DNA of 64,000 bases from Rhodospirillales bacterium (GTDB lineage Bacteria; Pseudomonadota; Alphaproteobacteria; MPNO01; UBA2964): positions 137,132 to 201,131 of the forward strand of contig JAYOLL010000003.1 of assembly GCA_038120295.1 (NCBI GenBank). Reading direction: 5' to 3'. Under the pieces are notes generated by a model, which did no database searches, was not told the origin of the DNA, and saw nothing but the letters and a program-made list of their open reading frames with translations. Both the position numbers and the translations under genes were made by a program. Positions within the stretch are counted from its first letter, which is position 1. Every line of letters starts with the position of its first letter. Positions 50,076-60,364 of the stretch are shown here, in pieces.

Positions 50076-50747
50076 TTACTCCGCCGCTTGAGTGGTCGTT
50101 TCGCCGGCAGAGGTCGGGTTGTACCGCTCCTCGACCGTCATCTTCTTCATCGAGAACACGTTATCGACGGTCGTGTAATCCATATAGCCGAGCCGCGCGA
50201 TGATCTTCATCTTGAGCGTGTCGACCAGCCCGTCCTCGGTGATGAAGTCGTCGTCTATGTGGACAGCGACGACTTTGCCGAACACGACATGGTGTTCCGC
50301 CTCGGGCGCATTGCTCGGCAAGGTATAGGTGCCGTGATAAAGGCATTCGAACTGGGCTGGCGACTCCGCTACTCTCACCGGTTTGACCAGCTTCGACGGC
50401 GCCGCAGTGAGCCCCACTTCCGCGAGCTCGTCGACCTCGGAATCGAGGATCCAGCTTGTGTCGGACATCTGCTGTCGCGTATCCCAGGTCGCCAGATTAT
50501 AGACGAATTCTCCGGTTTCCTCGGCGTTCCGAACCGTATCCTTCTTGCTGCCGTCTTCGTTGCAGCCGCCCGAAAACATCACGAAGGGCGGGTTGTAGGA
50601 CAGGCCGTTGAAATAGCTGTATGGAGAGAGATTGCCGATTCCATCCTTGCTGATGGTGCTGATCCAGCCTATGGGGCGCGGTACGGTGAGCGCCTTGATC
50701 GGGTTGTAGGGAAGACCGTGATCGTTCTTGTCGGTTTCGAAATACAT
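50076..50747 (-). CDS. flavin reductase family protein
   Basis: 223 aa; flavin-reductase-like split-barrel N-terminus (PRPIGWISTIS…). Confidence 0.65.
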   Translation of the reverse strand: MYFETDKNDHGLPYNPIKALTVPRPIGWISTISKDGIGNLSPYSYFNGLSYNPPFVMFSGGCNEDGSKKDTVRNAEETGEFVYNLATWDTRQQMSDTSWILDSEVDELAEVGLTAAPSKLVKPVRVAESPAQFECLYHGTYTLPSNAPEAEHHVVFGKVVAVHIDDDFITEDGLVDTLKMKIIARLGYMDYTTVDNVFSMKKMTVEERYNPTSAGETTTQAAE

Positions 50748-50833
50748 GTGAATCAGTTTCCTGAATGCGCCGTCAATCAGGGACGCCTATTAGCACAGCC
50801 GGGGGGGATGAGTCCCGCTTTGAAGGTCGGGGG

Positions 50834-51472
50834 TCAAACGCCGACCGCCCGATAGTGGATGAGGCGGATCGGCGTGAGCTTGAAAGCATTGACCTTGTTC
50901 CTGTCCTGGGCGCAGTTCGAAATGGCCACCAGCAGATCCATCTCTGCCGTGAAGTCTGCGTAATCGCCCGGCCTCGATTTCGGAAAATCGATCTCGTACC
51001 GCCCGTCCGCGCCGACCGGTACGTTCATAAAGACATTGATAGGGTAGGGGACATCCTTCCATTCGAGGCCCCAGGGCTCCACCGCCATGGCGAAATTGTC
51101 CCGGCAGTTGGCTCCGCGCCCGTCGCCATAGCGGCGTTCGTTCATGTGGCTGGAGCAGGCGCCGGCAATCATGGCATGGGTGCCGCAGCTATCGGCCGTC
51201 ATGGTCATCATCAACCCGGCCTCGTCCGAATAGAGCCCGTAGCCGATCCCGGGATAAATCTGCCGGTTGAGGCCAAGGGTATTCGGGGATGACAGCTTTT
51301 CTTCGAGCCTGCCCAGATTGAAACAGGCGAGCCCCGCGACCTGCTGGCCCTCGATGTCGACGATGCGAACGACCTCGCCGCGTTTTACTTCAAGGGCCCT
51401 GTAGCCCGCCGGCGCTATGGTCTCTTCCAGTAATATGACACCGGAAATCGCGTCGTGTTCAGCCTGACCCAT
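50834..51472 (-). CDS. DUF1989 (urea carboxylase-associated-like) family protein
   Basis: 212 aa; pattern VKRGEVVRIVDIEGQQVAGLACFN…TADSCGTH typical of DUF1989. Confidence 0.5.
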   Translation of the reverse strand: MGQAEHDAISGVILLEETIAPAGYRALEVKRGEVVRIVDIEGQQVAGLACFNLGRLEEKLSSPNTLGLNRQIYPGIGYGLYSDEAGLMMTMTADSCGTHAMIAGACSSHMNERRYGDGRGANCRDNFAMAVEPWGLEWKDVPYPINVFMNVPVGADGRYEIDFPKSRPGDYADFTAEMDLLVAISNCAQDRNKVNAFKLTPIRLIHYRAVGV

Positions 51473-51545
51473 TGCAGACCTCCCGAAACTGTCTGTCAGG
51501 GCGATCAGTAGAACACGGAGGTAAGCCGGCGCGCGAGTCCTGCCG

Positions 51546-52481
51546 TCAGGGGAGTCCCATTCTGGATTTTGCCCAGTATACGACGACCGGCACCGCGATC
51601 GCCGATAGCAGCGTCTGCATTGAAAGGATCGCTGCCATCAGGGGCGCGTCGCCGCCCAGCTGTCGGGCAAGCACGTAAGAGGCGGGGGAGGCAGGTGTCG
51701 CCGAGAAAAGCATAACAATCGCGAAGGCAAGAGAATTGAGGCCGAAATAGAGCGCAATCGGCGCAGCAATGATCGGCATCGCGACGAGTTTCAGGACGCA
51801 GGCGAGGCCCAGCCCGAAAGCACGGGCTCCGTCGAATGTCAGCATCAGTCCTGCGCCCACACAAAGGAGGGCTATCGGTAAGGCAGCGCCCGCCAGGATC
51901 GACATGGTTTCCAGCAGCCAGCCTGGCAGAGGCAAGGACACCATGTTGATCAGCCCGCCGAGCAGACAGGCCAGGATGATTGGATTACGCGCGATTTCGC
52001 GTGGGACGTTGCGCCAGCCGGGGCGCCCCTCGGCTGGGACGACGAATGACATGACAATGATCGCGATGACGTTCACGGTTGGAATCATGATGCCGACGAA
52101 CAGGGACGCAATCACCAGCCCTTCCGTTCCGAACACCGCTTCCGAAACCGCGAACCCGACATAGGAGTTGAGGCGCACCGCCCCCTGAAAAACCGAGGTG
52201 TAGGCCGCGCCGCCCATAGGCAGGAGCGGTTTCAGCGCGAGAATAAGAAGTCCCATCGCCGTCGCCAGCAGCAGAAGAACGACAGCGAACGCGCCGAGGT
52301 CGACGTTCGAGAGATCGGCCCCTCCGAGGTTGCGGACGATGAGGACGGGCAGCAGTACGTAATAGGAAAGCCGCTCCGCCGACCGCCAGAAATCGTCGCC
52401 GAAGAAACCGGTTCGCTTGAATGCGTACCCGGTCATGATCAGCAGAAAAATCGGCGCGATGGTCAGCGCGATCGCTATCAT
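51546..52481 (-). CDS. AEC (auxin efflux carrier/MdcF-like) family transporter
   Basis: 311 aa; 10 TM in a 5+5 arrangement; AEC N-terminus MIAIALTIAPIFLLIMTGY. Confidence 0.75.
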   Translation of the reverse strand: MIAIALTIAPIFLLIMTGYAFKRTGFFGDDFWRSAERLSYYVLLPVLIVRNLGGADLSNVDLGAFAVVLLLLATAMGLLILALKPLLPMGGAAYTSVFQGAVRLNSYVGFAVSEAVFGTEGLVIASLFVGIMIPTVNVIAIIVMSFVVPAEGRPGWRNVPREIARNPIILACLLGGLINMVSLPLPGWLLETMSILAGAALPIALLCVGAGLMLTFDGARAFGLGLACVLKLVAMPIIAAPIALYFGLNSLAFAIVMLFSATPASPASYVLARQLGGDAPLMAAILSMQTLLSAIAVPVVVYWAKSRMGLP

Positions 52482-52972
52482 GAGGCGGGATCGTCCGACA
52501 GGTTGGCCCTCTGGTTTGCCAAATAGTCCAGCGCGCCCTGCAATATGTACGAGGCGGCCATCTTGTCGACGACTTCCTTCTGACGGGCGCGCGACAGATC
52601 GGCTTCGAGCATGGTTCTTGTGACGGCAACGGTCGACAGCCGTTCGTCCCAGAACGCGATATCGATATCGAAAACGGCTTCGAAATTGGTTGCGAAGGCG
52701 CGCGCCGACTGGCAGCGCGGCCCTTCGGTCCCGTCCATGTTGACCGGGAGGCCGATGATCAGCCCGGCGACGTCATGCTCCGCACAGATGTCGAGCAGCT
52801 TCATGAAATCGTCGCCGAACTTGCCTCGCGAGAGCGTTTCCAGCGGAGTGGCGACGATGCGCATCACGTCGGACAGCGCAAGTCCGATGGTGCGGCTTCC
52901 CAGGTCGAGCCCCAGGAGGCGTCGGTTGGGAGGCAGGATCAAAGCGAGGTCGGGGAGCTTGCGAACGGTCAT
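52478..52972 (-). CDS. ruvX: Holliday junction resolvase-like RNase RuvX (YqgF)
   Basis: 164 aa; LGLDLGSRTIGLALSD RNase H-fold motif. Confidence 0.85.
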   Translation of the reverse strand: MTVRKLPDLALILPPNRRLLGLDLGSRTIGLALSDVMRIVATPLETLSRGKFGDDFMKLLDICAEHDVAGLIIGLPVNMDGTEGPRCQSARAFATNFEAVFDIDIAFWDERLSTVAVTRTMLEADLSRARQKEVVDKMAASYILQGALDYLANQRANLSDDPAS

Positions 52973-53061
52973 GGCCGGTGATAGTTTCCGCGCGTTTTGC
53001 GGCGGAAATCAATGGGTTCCGCCCAAGCGCCTTTCTTTCGATACGTGCAGACGAATACGCC

Positions 53062-53352
53062 ATGTCGGTCGACAAATCCACCGTTCAACGCATCGCCAGC
53101 CTTGCCCGCATCCGGGTGCCGGAGGAAGAGCTCGAAACCCTGGCCGGCGAGCTTTCGCAAATTCTCGACTGGGTCGAACAGCTCGAAGAGGTCGATACCG
53201 ATGGCGTCACGCCAATGGCCTCTTCTGCCGAAGGCATGGAACTGCGCTGGCGCGACGATGTCGTGACCGACGGCAACAAGGCGGATGACGTTCTGGCCAA
53301 CGCGCCCGATACGCGGAACGGCTATTTCGTCGTTCCCAAGGTGATCGAGTGA
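53062..53352 (+). CDS. gatC: Asp/Glu-tRNA amidotransferase subunit C
   Basis: 96 aa from ATG at 53062 (track ORF begins at an upstream GTG); [19 protein letters not shown]… is a typical GatC. Confidence 0.85.
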   Translation: MSVDKSTVQRIASLARIRVPEEELETLAGELSQILDWVEQLEEVDTDGVTPMASSAEGMELRWRDDVVTDGNKADDVLANAPDTRNGYFVVPKVIE

Positions 53353-54833
53353 CGCATATGGCGGAACTGACTGGTCTCACCATTGCCGAGGCCCGCAACG
53401 GGCTGGCGGCGAAGGATTTCTCGGCACGGGAGCTTGCGGAGGCGCATCTCTCGGCGATGGAAGGCGCGCGCGACCTTAACGCTTTCATCGTGGAGACGCC
53501 GGAACGCGCGCTGGAAGACGCCGACGCGTCCGATGCGCGCCGGGCCGCGGGAAACGCTGGCGCGCTGGATGGCGTCCCGCTCGCCATCAAGGATCTGTTC
53601 TGCACCGAAGGCGTTCTCTCGACCGCCTGCTCGCACATTCTCGACGGATTCAGGCCACCATACGAATCCACCGTCACCGCCCGCCTGCGGCAGGCCGGTA
53701 CGGTGATGCTCGGCAAGACCAACATGGACGAGTTCGCGATGGGCTCGTCGAACGAGACCAGCTATTACGGCCCGGTCGTAAACCCGTGGCGGCGTCGCGG
53801 CGACAACCGCGATCTCGTGCCGGGCGGCTCTTCCGGCGGTTCCGCTTCGGCGGTTGCGGCTCGCCTCTGCTTAGGCGCGGTCGGCACCGATACCGGCGGT
53901 TCGATCCGTCAGCCTGCATCCTTCTGCGGCATTGTCGGCATGAAGCCGACTTATGGGCGCTGTTCGCGCTGGGGCATCATCGCCTTCGCCTCGTCTCTCG
54001 ATCAGGCCGGACCGATGACGCGCACGGTCAGGGATTCCGCCGCCATGCTGACCGTGATGGCCGGGTTCGATGCCGGTGATTCCACCTCCGCCAATCTTCC
54101 CGTGCCGGATTTCGAGGCGGCGCTGGGACAGGGGGTGAAAGGGCTGAAGATCGGCATTCCCGCGGAATACCGGGTCGATGGCATGGATTCGGAAATCGCA
54201 GCCCTGTGGGACAAGGGGATTGGCTGGCTGCGGGACGAGGGCGCGGAAATCGTCGATATCTCGCTGCCGCGCACCAAATACGCCCTGCCCACCTACTACA
54301 TCATTGCGCCCGCCGAGGCGTCGTCCAACCTCGCGCGCTATGACGGCATGCGCTACGGGCTGCGCGTCGACGGGTCGACCCCCGCGGAGACCTACGAAGC
54401 GACGCGCGCGGAGGGTTTCGGGGCTGAAGTTCGGCGGCGAATCCTGATCGGCACTTACGTACTGTCGGCCGGCTATTACGATGCCTATTACCTGAAAGGA
54501 CAGAAGGTCCGCGCGCTGATCGCGCAGGAATTTTCCAATGCGTTCGAGAGCGTCGACGCGATCTTGACACCGACCGCGCCGTCCGCTGCCTTCGCCCGGG
54601 GTGAAAAATCGGACGATCCGATCGCGATGTATCTCAACGATGTGCTGACCGTTCCCGCCAGCCTCGCGGGGCTTCCGGCGATCTCGGTTCCCGCAGGACT
54701 TTCCGGGGACGGACTGCCGCTGGGACTGCAGATCATTACGCGCGCGTTCGATGAGGAAACACTGTTCCGGGTTGCGGAAACCGTCGAACAGGCTGCCGGG
54801 TTCGACGCGCGGCCCGACGTGAAGACGGCGTAG
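53349..54833 (+). CDS. gatA: Asp/Glu-tRNA amidotransferase subunit A
   Basis: 494 aa; amidase signature GGSSGGSA…, Ser-cisSer-Lys triad context. Confidence 0.9.
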   Translation: MTHMAELTGLTIAEARNGLAAKDFSARELAEAHLSAMEGARDLNAFIVETPERALEDADASDARRAAGNAGALDGVPLAIKDLFCTEGVLSTACSHILDGFRPPYESTVTARLRQAGTVMLGKTNMDEFAMGSSNETSYYGPVVNPWRRRGDNRDLVPGGSSGGSASAVAARLCLGAVGTDTGGSIRQPASFCGIVGMKPTYGRCSRWGIIAFASSLDQAGPMTRTVRDSAAMLTVMAGFDAGDSTSANLPVPDFEAALGQGVKGLKIGIPAEYRVDGMDSEIAALWDKGIGWLRDEGAEIVDISLPRTKYALPTYYIIAPAEASSNLARYDGMRYGLRVDGSTPAETYEATRAEGFGAEVRRRILIGTYVLSAGYYDAYYLKGQKVRALIAQEFSNAFESVDAILTPTAPSAAFARGEKSDDPIAMYLNDVLTVPASLAGLPAISVPAGLSGDGLPLGLQIITRAFDEETLFRVAETVEQAAGFDARPDVKTA

Positions 54834-54837
54834 GCCC

Positions 54838-55161
54838 ATGCGGTATCATTTCTGGTACGTGCTGATCCATATCGGCCTCGGGCTGATCGGCTGGCAGATT
54901 TTCACCTTTACCAATATCGGCGGGCTTTATGCATTTGGCGCAGCGGGCGTTGTGCAGGCCTATGCGATTTTTGAAATACACCGCGACGCCCGTCCGAAGT
55001 TCAACGCCATGCAGGCGCAGACCGACAGCATGCTCGAGCGGCAACAGAACGAGCAGGATTATCGCAAGAGGCTGACCCGGACGTGGTTTTTCCGGTCCTG
55101 CATCTACGCGCTGCTGACCCTGATCGCAGCGATGGCGACGCAGGGCGCAACGGTCCAGTAG
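54838..55161 (+). CDS. small 2-3 TM membrane protein of unknown function (between gatA and gatB)
   Basis: 107 aa; hydrophobic segments [44 protein letters not shown]. Confidence 0.45.
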   Translation: MRYHFWYVLIHIGLGLIGWQIFTFTNIGGLYAFGAAGVVQAYAIFEIHRDARPKFNAMQAQTDSMLERQQNEQDYRKRLTRTWFFRSCIYALLTLIAAMATQGATVQ

Positions 55162-55184
55162 TTGGCGAAGTAGGAGGTACGGCG

Positions 55185-56636
55185 ATGGCGACGATTGAGG
55201 GCCGGACCGGCGAGTGGGAAATCGTGATCGGACTCGAAGTCCATGCCCAGGCGACGTCCGAGGCGAAGCTGTTCTCGGGCGCTTCAACCGCGTTCGGGGC
55301 CGACCCCAATGCAAATGTCTCGCTGGTCGATGCCGCCATGCCGGGCATGCTGCCGGTCATTAACGGTCGCGCGGTCGAACAGGCGGTCAGGACCGGGCTC
55401 GGCCTGAACGCAGAGATCAACCGGCGCTCGGTGTTCGACAGAAAGAACTATTTTTATCCCGACCTGCCGCAGGGGTACCAGATTTCCCAGTTCAGCGACC
55501 CTGTTGTCGGCAAGGGCGAGGTCGAGATCACGCTGGAGGACGGCGAGACGCGGACAATCGGCCTGACGCGCATCCATCTCGAACAGGATGCCGGAAAGTC
55601 GATTCATGATCAGGACCCCAGTTCGACTTTCGTCGATCTCAACCGGTCGGGAGTGATCCTGATGGAGATCGTGTCGGAGCCAGACATGCGGTCGTCGGAA
55701 GAGGCCGCCGCCTATGTCTCCAAGCTGCGTTCCACCATGCGCTATCTTGGCACCTGCGACGGCAACATGGAGGAGGGCAGTCTCCGTTGCGACGCCAACG
55801 TGTCGGTACGTCGTCCGGGAGAGGAATTCGGTACGCGTTGCGAGATCAAGAACGTCAACTCGATCCGTTTTCTGCGCCAGGCCATCGATTATGAGGCGCG
55901 CCGTCAGGTCCAGGTTCTCGAGGAAGGCGGAACCATCGACCAGGAGACGCGGTTGTTCGATGCGGACAAGGGCGTGACCCGGTCAATGCGGTCCAAGGAA
56001 GAAGCGCACGATTACCGCTATTTCCCCGATCCCGACCTGCTGCCGCTGACGATCTCGGACGACTATATCGAGAAAATTCGAGCCGAACTGCCGGAACTGC
56101 CCGAACAGAAAAAGGTCCGCTACGTCGAGGAGCTCGGCCTGTCGGCCTACGACGCGGAAGTCCTCGTCGCGGAACGGCCGATTGCGGAATTCTTCGAGGA
56201 AGCCGCCGCCGGTCGTGACGCCAAGACCGCCGCCAACTGGGTCACCAGTGAGCTGTTCGGCCAGCTAAACCGGCACGGGCTGGAAATCGAGGATTCGCCG
56301 GTTTCTGCCACGTCGCTCGGCGGGCTGATTGATCTTATATCGGACGGAACGATCTCCGGCCGTATCGCCCGTGACGTGTTCGAGGAAATGTGGACATCCG
56401 GCAAGGATGCCGCCGACATCGTCGAAGAGAAAGGCCTCAAGCAGGTCTCGGATACGGGCGCGATTGAGGCCGCTGTGGACGAAGCGATTGCTAACGGGGC
56501 AGCACAGGTCGAACAGTTCCGCGCCGGCAACGAAAAGATTCTCGGCTGGTTCGTCGGCCAGGTCATGAAAGCCACCCAGGGCAAGGCGAATCCGCAGATG
56601 GTCAACGAAATCCTGCGGAAGAAGCTTTCCGGCTGA
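55185..56636 (+). CDS. gatB: Asp/Glu-tRNA amidotransferase subunit B
   Basis: 483 aa from ATG at 55185 (TAGGAGG RBS); [22 protein letters not shown]…; the track's upstream extension is rejected. Confidence 0.9.
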   Translation: MATIEGRTGEWEIVIGLEVHAQATSEAKLFSGASTAFGADPNANVSLVDAAMPGMLPVINGRAVEQAVRTGLGLNAEINRRSVFDRKNYFYPDLPQGYQISQFSDPVVGKGEVEITLEDGETRTIGLTRIHLEQDAGKSIHDQDPSSTFVDLNRSGVILMEIVSEPDMRSSEEAAAYVSKLRSTMRYLGTCDGNMEEGSLRCDANVSVRRPGEEFGTRCEIKNVNSIRFLRQAIDYEARRQVQVLEEGGTIDQETRLFDADKGVTRSMRSKEEAHDYRYFPDPDLLPLTISDDYIEKIRAELPELPEQKKVRYVEELGLSAYDAEVLVAERPIAEFFEEAAAGRDAKTAANWVTSELFGQLNRHGLEIEDSPVSATSLGGLIDLISDGTISGRIARDVFEEMWTSGKDAADIVEEKGLKQVSDTGAIEAAVDEAIANGAAQVEQFRAGNEKILGWFVGQVMKATQGKANPQMVNEILRKKLSG

Positions 56637-56743
56637 CCGGACCAGGTTCTGACCTTCATCAAAGTTTCATGCCGCTCGCGGAACCGTGAATTGCTCCGTG
56701 AGCAAGGCGCTGCGATATTTCCTTCAAGTCATAGGAACGACCG

Positions 56744-57463
56744 ATGATCGATCTTTATACTTGGGCCACGCCCAACGGCCACAAGGTCCACATCATGCTC
56801 GAGGAAACCGGGCTGGATTACACGGTGCATGGCATCAATATCCGCGCGGGAGACCAGTTCGAAGACGATTTTCTCAGAATCAGTCCCAACAACCGGATTC
56901 CGGCCATCGTCGACCGCGACGGACCGGGGGGAAAGGAACTGTCGCTGTTTGAGACCGGCGCGATCCTGATTTATCTGGGCGACAAGACAGGGCAGTTCAT
57001 GCCCGGTCTGGAGGACGACGCGCATGGGCGCTACAATGTAATGCAGTGGCTGATGTGGCAGATGGGCGGCGTCGGCCCGATGTTCGGTCAGGCCAGTCAT
57101 TTCACGGGATATGCGCGCGAACGCCACAGCGACGCGGAACTTCAGTACGGCATTGATCGCTATACCAACGAGGCCAACCGGCTTTACGGCGTGATGGATC
57201 GCCGGCTTGCGGAAGCCGAGTATCTTGCTGGCGACTATTCGATCGCGGACATGGCGGTCTGGCCGTGGTGCCGGGAACCGTCGCGACGCGGCGTCGATCC
57301 GTCCGATTATCCCAACGTGCAGCGCTGGTTCGATGCGATCGAAGCGCGGCCCGCGGTGCAACGCGCGGTAAAGATCCTCGCCGAGGAATCGGTGCGGCCC
57401 GTCAAACATGACGACAGGGCCTGGTCGATCATGTTCGGCGACCGGCAGTTTCAGCGTAACTAG
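56744..57463 (+). CDS. glutathione S-transferase family protein (YghU/YfcG-like, Nu class)
   Basis: 239 aa; thioredoxin-like N-domain (LYTWATPNGHKV), C-terminal GST helical domain. Confidence 0.75.
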   Translation: MIDLYTWATPNGHKVHIMLEETGLDYTVHGINIRAGDQFEDDFLRISPNNRIPAIVDRDGPGGKELSLFETGAILIYLGDKTGQFMPGLEDDAHGRYNVMQWLMWQMGGVGPMFGQASHFTGYARERHSDAELQYGIDRYTNEANRLYGVMDRRLAEAEYLAGDYSIADMAVWPWCREPSRRGVDPSDYPNVQRWFDAIEARPAVQRAVKILAEESVRPVKHDDRAWSIMFGDRQFQRN

Positions 57464-57493
57464 TCAGCAAGCAAAAGGGAGAACGAGAAAGCA

Positions 57494-58090
57494 ATGTTCG
57501 TGAGAAAACTTAAATCAGTCCTGCCGGCGATTGCCGTCGCCGTCGGGCTGACGTTGTCGGGGGCGTCGCTTGCGGCGGGTCCGAACGATACGCTCGACAA
57601 GGGGCCGAAAGTCGGGGCCACGATCCCGCACATGCTCAAGACGGTCGATCACCAGAACCAGCACCAGGATTTCAAGGCTCTGGCCCGGAAGAAGGGCCTG
57701 ATTGTCCTTTTTTCCCGCTCGGTCGGGTGGTGACCGCACTGCAAGATCCAGGCGGTCGCCTGGAACGACAAGTACGATGAATTCAAGGCGCTGGGTTATA
57801 ACGTCACCATCGTGACGCATGACAAGACGGACGTTCTGGCGAGTTTTGTCCAGAACGAGAACATCAGGTTCAGGATGCTGTCCGATGCGAAGACGGAAAT
57901 CGTTCCGGCCTTCGGCCTCGTAAACGAACGTTTCGAGAAAGGATCGGCCTGGTATGGAACGGCCCATCCGATGATCTTTGTGGTCAATCCGAAAGGCGTG
58001 ATCACGCATCGCTTCTCCGGCACCAGCGTATCGCAAAGACCTGCGGTCAATCTGGTGCTTGGGACTCTTAAGAAGGAAGCAGGCGGCTGA
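57494..58090 (+). CDS. periplasmic thioredoxin-fold redoxin (TlpA/AhpC-TSA-like) with in-frame UGA at the first redox-motif position; candidate selenoprotein (W-U-P-H-C)
   Basis: Track ORFs 57494..57733 and 57812..58090 are in the same frame. The only stop between them is TGA 57731-57733, exactly where the first Cys of WCxxC is expected (…LIVLFSRSVGW[TGA]PHCKIQAVAWND…). The continuous read-through product is 198 aa with a signal peptide. A hairpin with a GGUC apical loop lies 20 nt downstream and a terminator follows at 58116. Confidence 0.55.
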
Positions 58091-58115
58091 GAACGCTGGA
58101 CTTTTCGTACCACGA

Positions 58116-58148
58116 ACGGCGGCTCCAGGAGCCGCCGTTTTCGTTTGA
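58116..58148 (+). terminator. rho-independent terminator after the redoxin gene
   Basis: ACGGCGGCT-CCAGG-AGCCGCCGT followed by TTTCGTTT. Confidence 0.65.
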
Positions 58149-58202
58149 AGGGTTCCGATTGTATCCTTCCGGTTCGACAGGGAAAGTTGAAAGGATATCG
58201 CC

Positions 58203-59132
58203 ATGGCCGTTCTGCTGGCTTCAACCGTCGGACCGCACGAACCCTGGGAGAAGGCGCTGCGCGACGCAATGCCGGAGGAGGATCTGCGCATCTACCCCGA
58301 TGTCGAATCGCTCGCCGACATCGACGTGGCATTGTTCGCGCACCGCCGCCCCGGCGTCTTTCCACGGCTAAACAACCTGAAGCTGATCGTCGGGCTGCAG
58401 GCCGGGGTCGACAGTCTTCTGACGGACCCGGAGCTTCCCGCGGATATCCCCATCGTGCGCGCCTGCCAGGAGGGCGGGGATCGGCTGATTGCCGAGTACA
58501 TGCTTATGCAGGTCCTCATGCATCACCGTCATATTGGCAGCTATATCGACGACCAGCGCAGCGCCATATGGGAGAAACGGCCGGTCTATCTGGCGAGCGA
58601 GACGCGCGTCGGCTATATGGGAGTCGGCATGATCGGCCGCGCCTGCGCAGAGATCGTGCGCGATGTCGGGTTCAACGTGGCGTCCTGGACGCGGACGCCG
58701 AACGACATTCCGGGCGTCGAGAATTTCAATGGGCCGGACGGGCTCGTCCCGTTTCTGGCCCGCACCGACATTCTGGTGAATATCCTGCCGCTAACGCCTG
58801 AGACGGAGAATATCCTGAACTCGGAGTTGTTCGCCGGGCTTCCCCAGGGCGCGCGGATCATAAACATAGGCCGTGGCCAGCATGTGAACGACGGTGACCT
58901 GATGGCGGCGCTCGATTCAGGGCATCTGGCGGCGGCCACACTCGACGTGTTCCGCAAGGAACCGTTGCCAGCCGACGATCCATTATGGCGTCACCCGAAG
59001 ATCGTGATTACGCCGCACACGGCGCGCAAATCGCGGCCCGCCAACGCCGCGCCGCAGGTGGCCGAGGCGATCCGCTGTCTCCGGGCGGGTAAACCACTGC
59101 CGCAGCTGGTGGACCGTAACGCCGGTTACTAG
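58203..59132 (+). CDS. D-isomer-specific 2-hydroxyacid dehydrogenase (GhrA/glyoxylate-hydroxypyruvate reductase-like)
   Basis: 309 aa; NAD-binding GVGMIGRA, catalytic Arg/Glu/His context (…GRGQHV…, …PHTA…). Confidence 0.75.
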   Translation: MAVLLASTVGPHEPWEKALRDAMPEEDLRIYPDVESLADIDVALFAHRRPGVFPRLNNLKLIVGLQAGVDSLLTDPELPADIPIVRACQEGGDRLIAEYMLMQVLMHHRHIGSYIDDQRSAIWEKRPVYLASETRVGYMGVGMIGRACAEIVRDVGFNVASWTRTPNDIPGVENFNGPDGLVPFLARTDILVNILPLTPETENILNSELFAGLPQGARIINIGRGQHVNDGDLMAALDSGHLAAATLDVFRKEPLPADDPLWRHPKIVITPHTARKSRPANAAPQVAEAIRCLRAGKPLPQLVDRNAGY

Positions 59133-60355
59133 CGTTCGATATTCCCGCTGCGGACAGGGACGCCGAATTCGCGGCGGCAAACATCGGCGAGTCTCGCGAC
59201 GCCTCCTCGGATGTCTTCGATGGTGGAACTGGCGTAGCACAGCCGCAGCCGGTGCTTTCCGGCGGCCGCATCGGCCATCCATTCCTCGCCGGGGTTGATC
59301 GCGACGCCTTCTTCCAGCGCGGCCTCATACAGCTTCATCGTGTCGACATTGTCGGGAAGCGTCACCCAGACGACGATGCCGCCCTCGGGCATCGCGACTT
59401 CGGCGGCGGTACCGAACTCGGCGGCGAGCGTTTCGATCATGGTCTCGCATTTCACTTTCAGCGTCTGCTGAAGCGCGGTCACGTGATCGTCGAAATCGGT
59501 CGCGCAGTATTCCGCCATGATCATCTGCGACAGGGCATCGGTGCCGGCGTCGGTTTTCATCGGCAGGATACGCGACATCAGCGGCCAGTCGGCGACCAGG
59601 AAGCCGAGCCGTAGCGCAGGCGCAATGGTCTTGGAGAACGAGCCGCAATAGACCACCTGCTGTCCGCCGTCATCGAGCGCCCGGATCGAGCGTGGTCGCG
59701 TGCCGTCGAAGGTCAGGTCGGCGTAGCAGTCGTCCTCGAAAATGACGGTGTCGTAGGCGCGGGCGAGGCGCAGCAACTCCAGCCGCCGGTCTTCCGTCAT
59801 CACCGAGCCGGTCGGATTCTGAACGGTCGGAACGGTATAGATGTATTTGGGCGTCACACCTTTCGATTTCAGGTCCGACAGGATGGCGTCCAGCGAGTCC
59901 ATCCGGATTCCCCCATCATCGAGCGGTGCGCCGACGACGTTCGCACCGAGGCGCTGTAGCCGGGAAATCGCGCCCTGATAGGTCGCTTCCTCGACGATCA
60001 CCGTGTCGCCCTCGCCGACAAATACTGCGTTGACCAGATCGAGCGCTTGCAAAGAGCCGGAGACGATCAGAACGTCATCGGCGCTGCCATCCATGCCGGT
60101 TCGCTGGCGCAGCGTATCCGCGACGAACTGTCGCAACGGCCTGTATCCCAGCGGCCCGTCGCCGACGCCGTAATGGGCGAGGGTGGGGCCTTCACGGGTC
60201 AGTACCGAGCGCGAGGCTTCGATGAACCCCTCGACGGGAAAATGTTCCGCGTCGTTGTGTCCGCCGACGAAATTGTAGCGGGGAAAGCCTTCGCGCCGAC
60301 CGGGTGCGGCGGGCGGAAGGTCGGGACGAAGCAGGGGGGTAAAATCGAATGACAC
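59129..60355 (-). CDS. PLP-dependent aminotransferase (class I/II fold)
   Basis: 408 aa; aminotransferase I/II core with SFSK PLP-lysine motif. Confidence 0.7.
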   Translation of the reverse strand: MSFDFTPLLRPDLPPAAPGRREGFPRYNFVGGHNDAEHFPVEGFIEASRSVLTREGPTLAHYGVGDGPLGYRPLRQFVADTLRQRTGMDGSADDVLIVSGSLQALDLVNAVFVGEGDTVIVEEATYQGAISRLQRLGANVVGAPLDDGGIRMDSLDAILSDLKSKGVTPKYIYTVPTVQNPTGSVMTEDRRLELLRLARAYDTVIFEDDCYADLTFDGTRPRSIRALDDGGQQVVYCGSFSKTIAPALRLGFLVADWPLMSRILPMKTDAGTDALSQMIMAEYCATDFDDHVTALQQTLKVKCETMIETLAAEFGTAAEVAMPEGGIVVWVTLPDNVDTMKLYEAALEEGVAINPGEEWMADAAAGKHRLRLCYASSTIEDIRGGVARLADVCRREFGVPVRSGNIER

Positions 60356-60364
60356 GGGAATTCC

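Noticed and set aside
57812-58090. Treating 57812..58090 as an independent gene
   Set aside because: It starts at a GTG inside a conserved redoxin domain, is in frame with 57494..57733, and has no RBS of its own. Better explained as the C-terminal part of one UGA-containing ORF (Sec or pseudogene).
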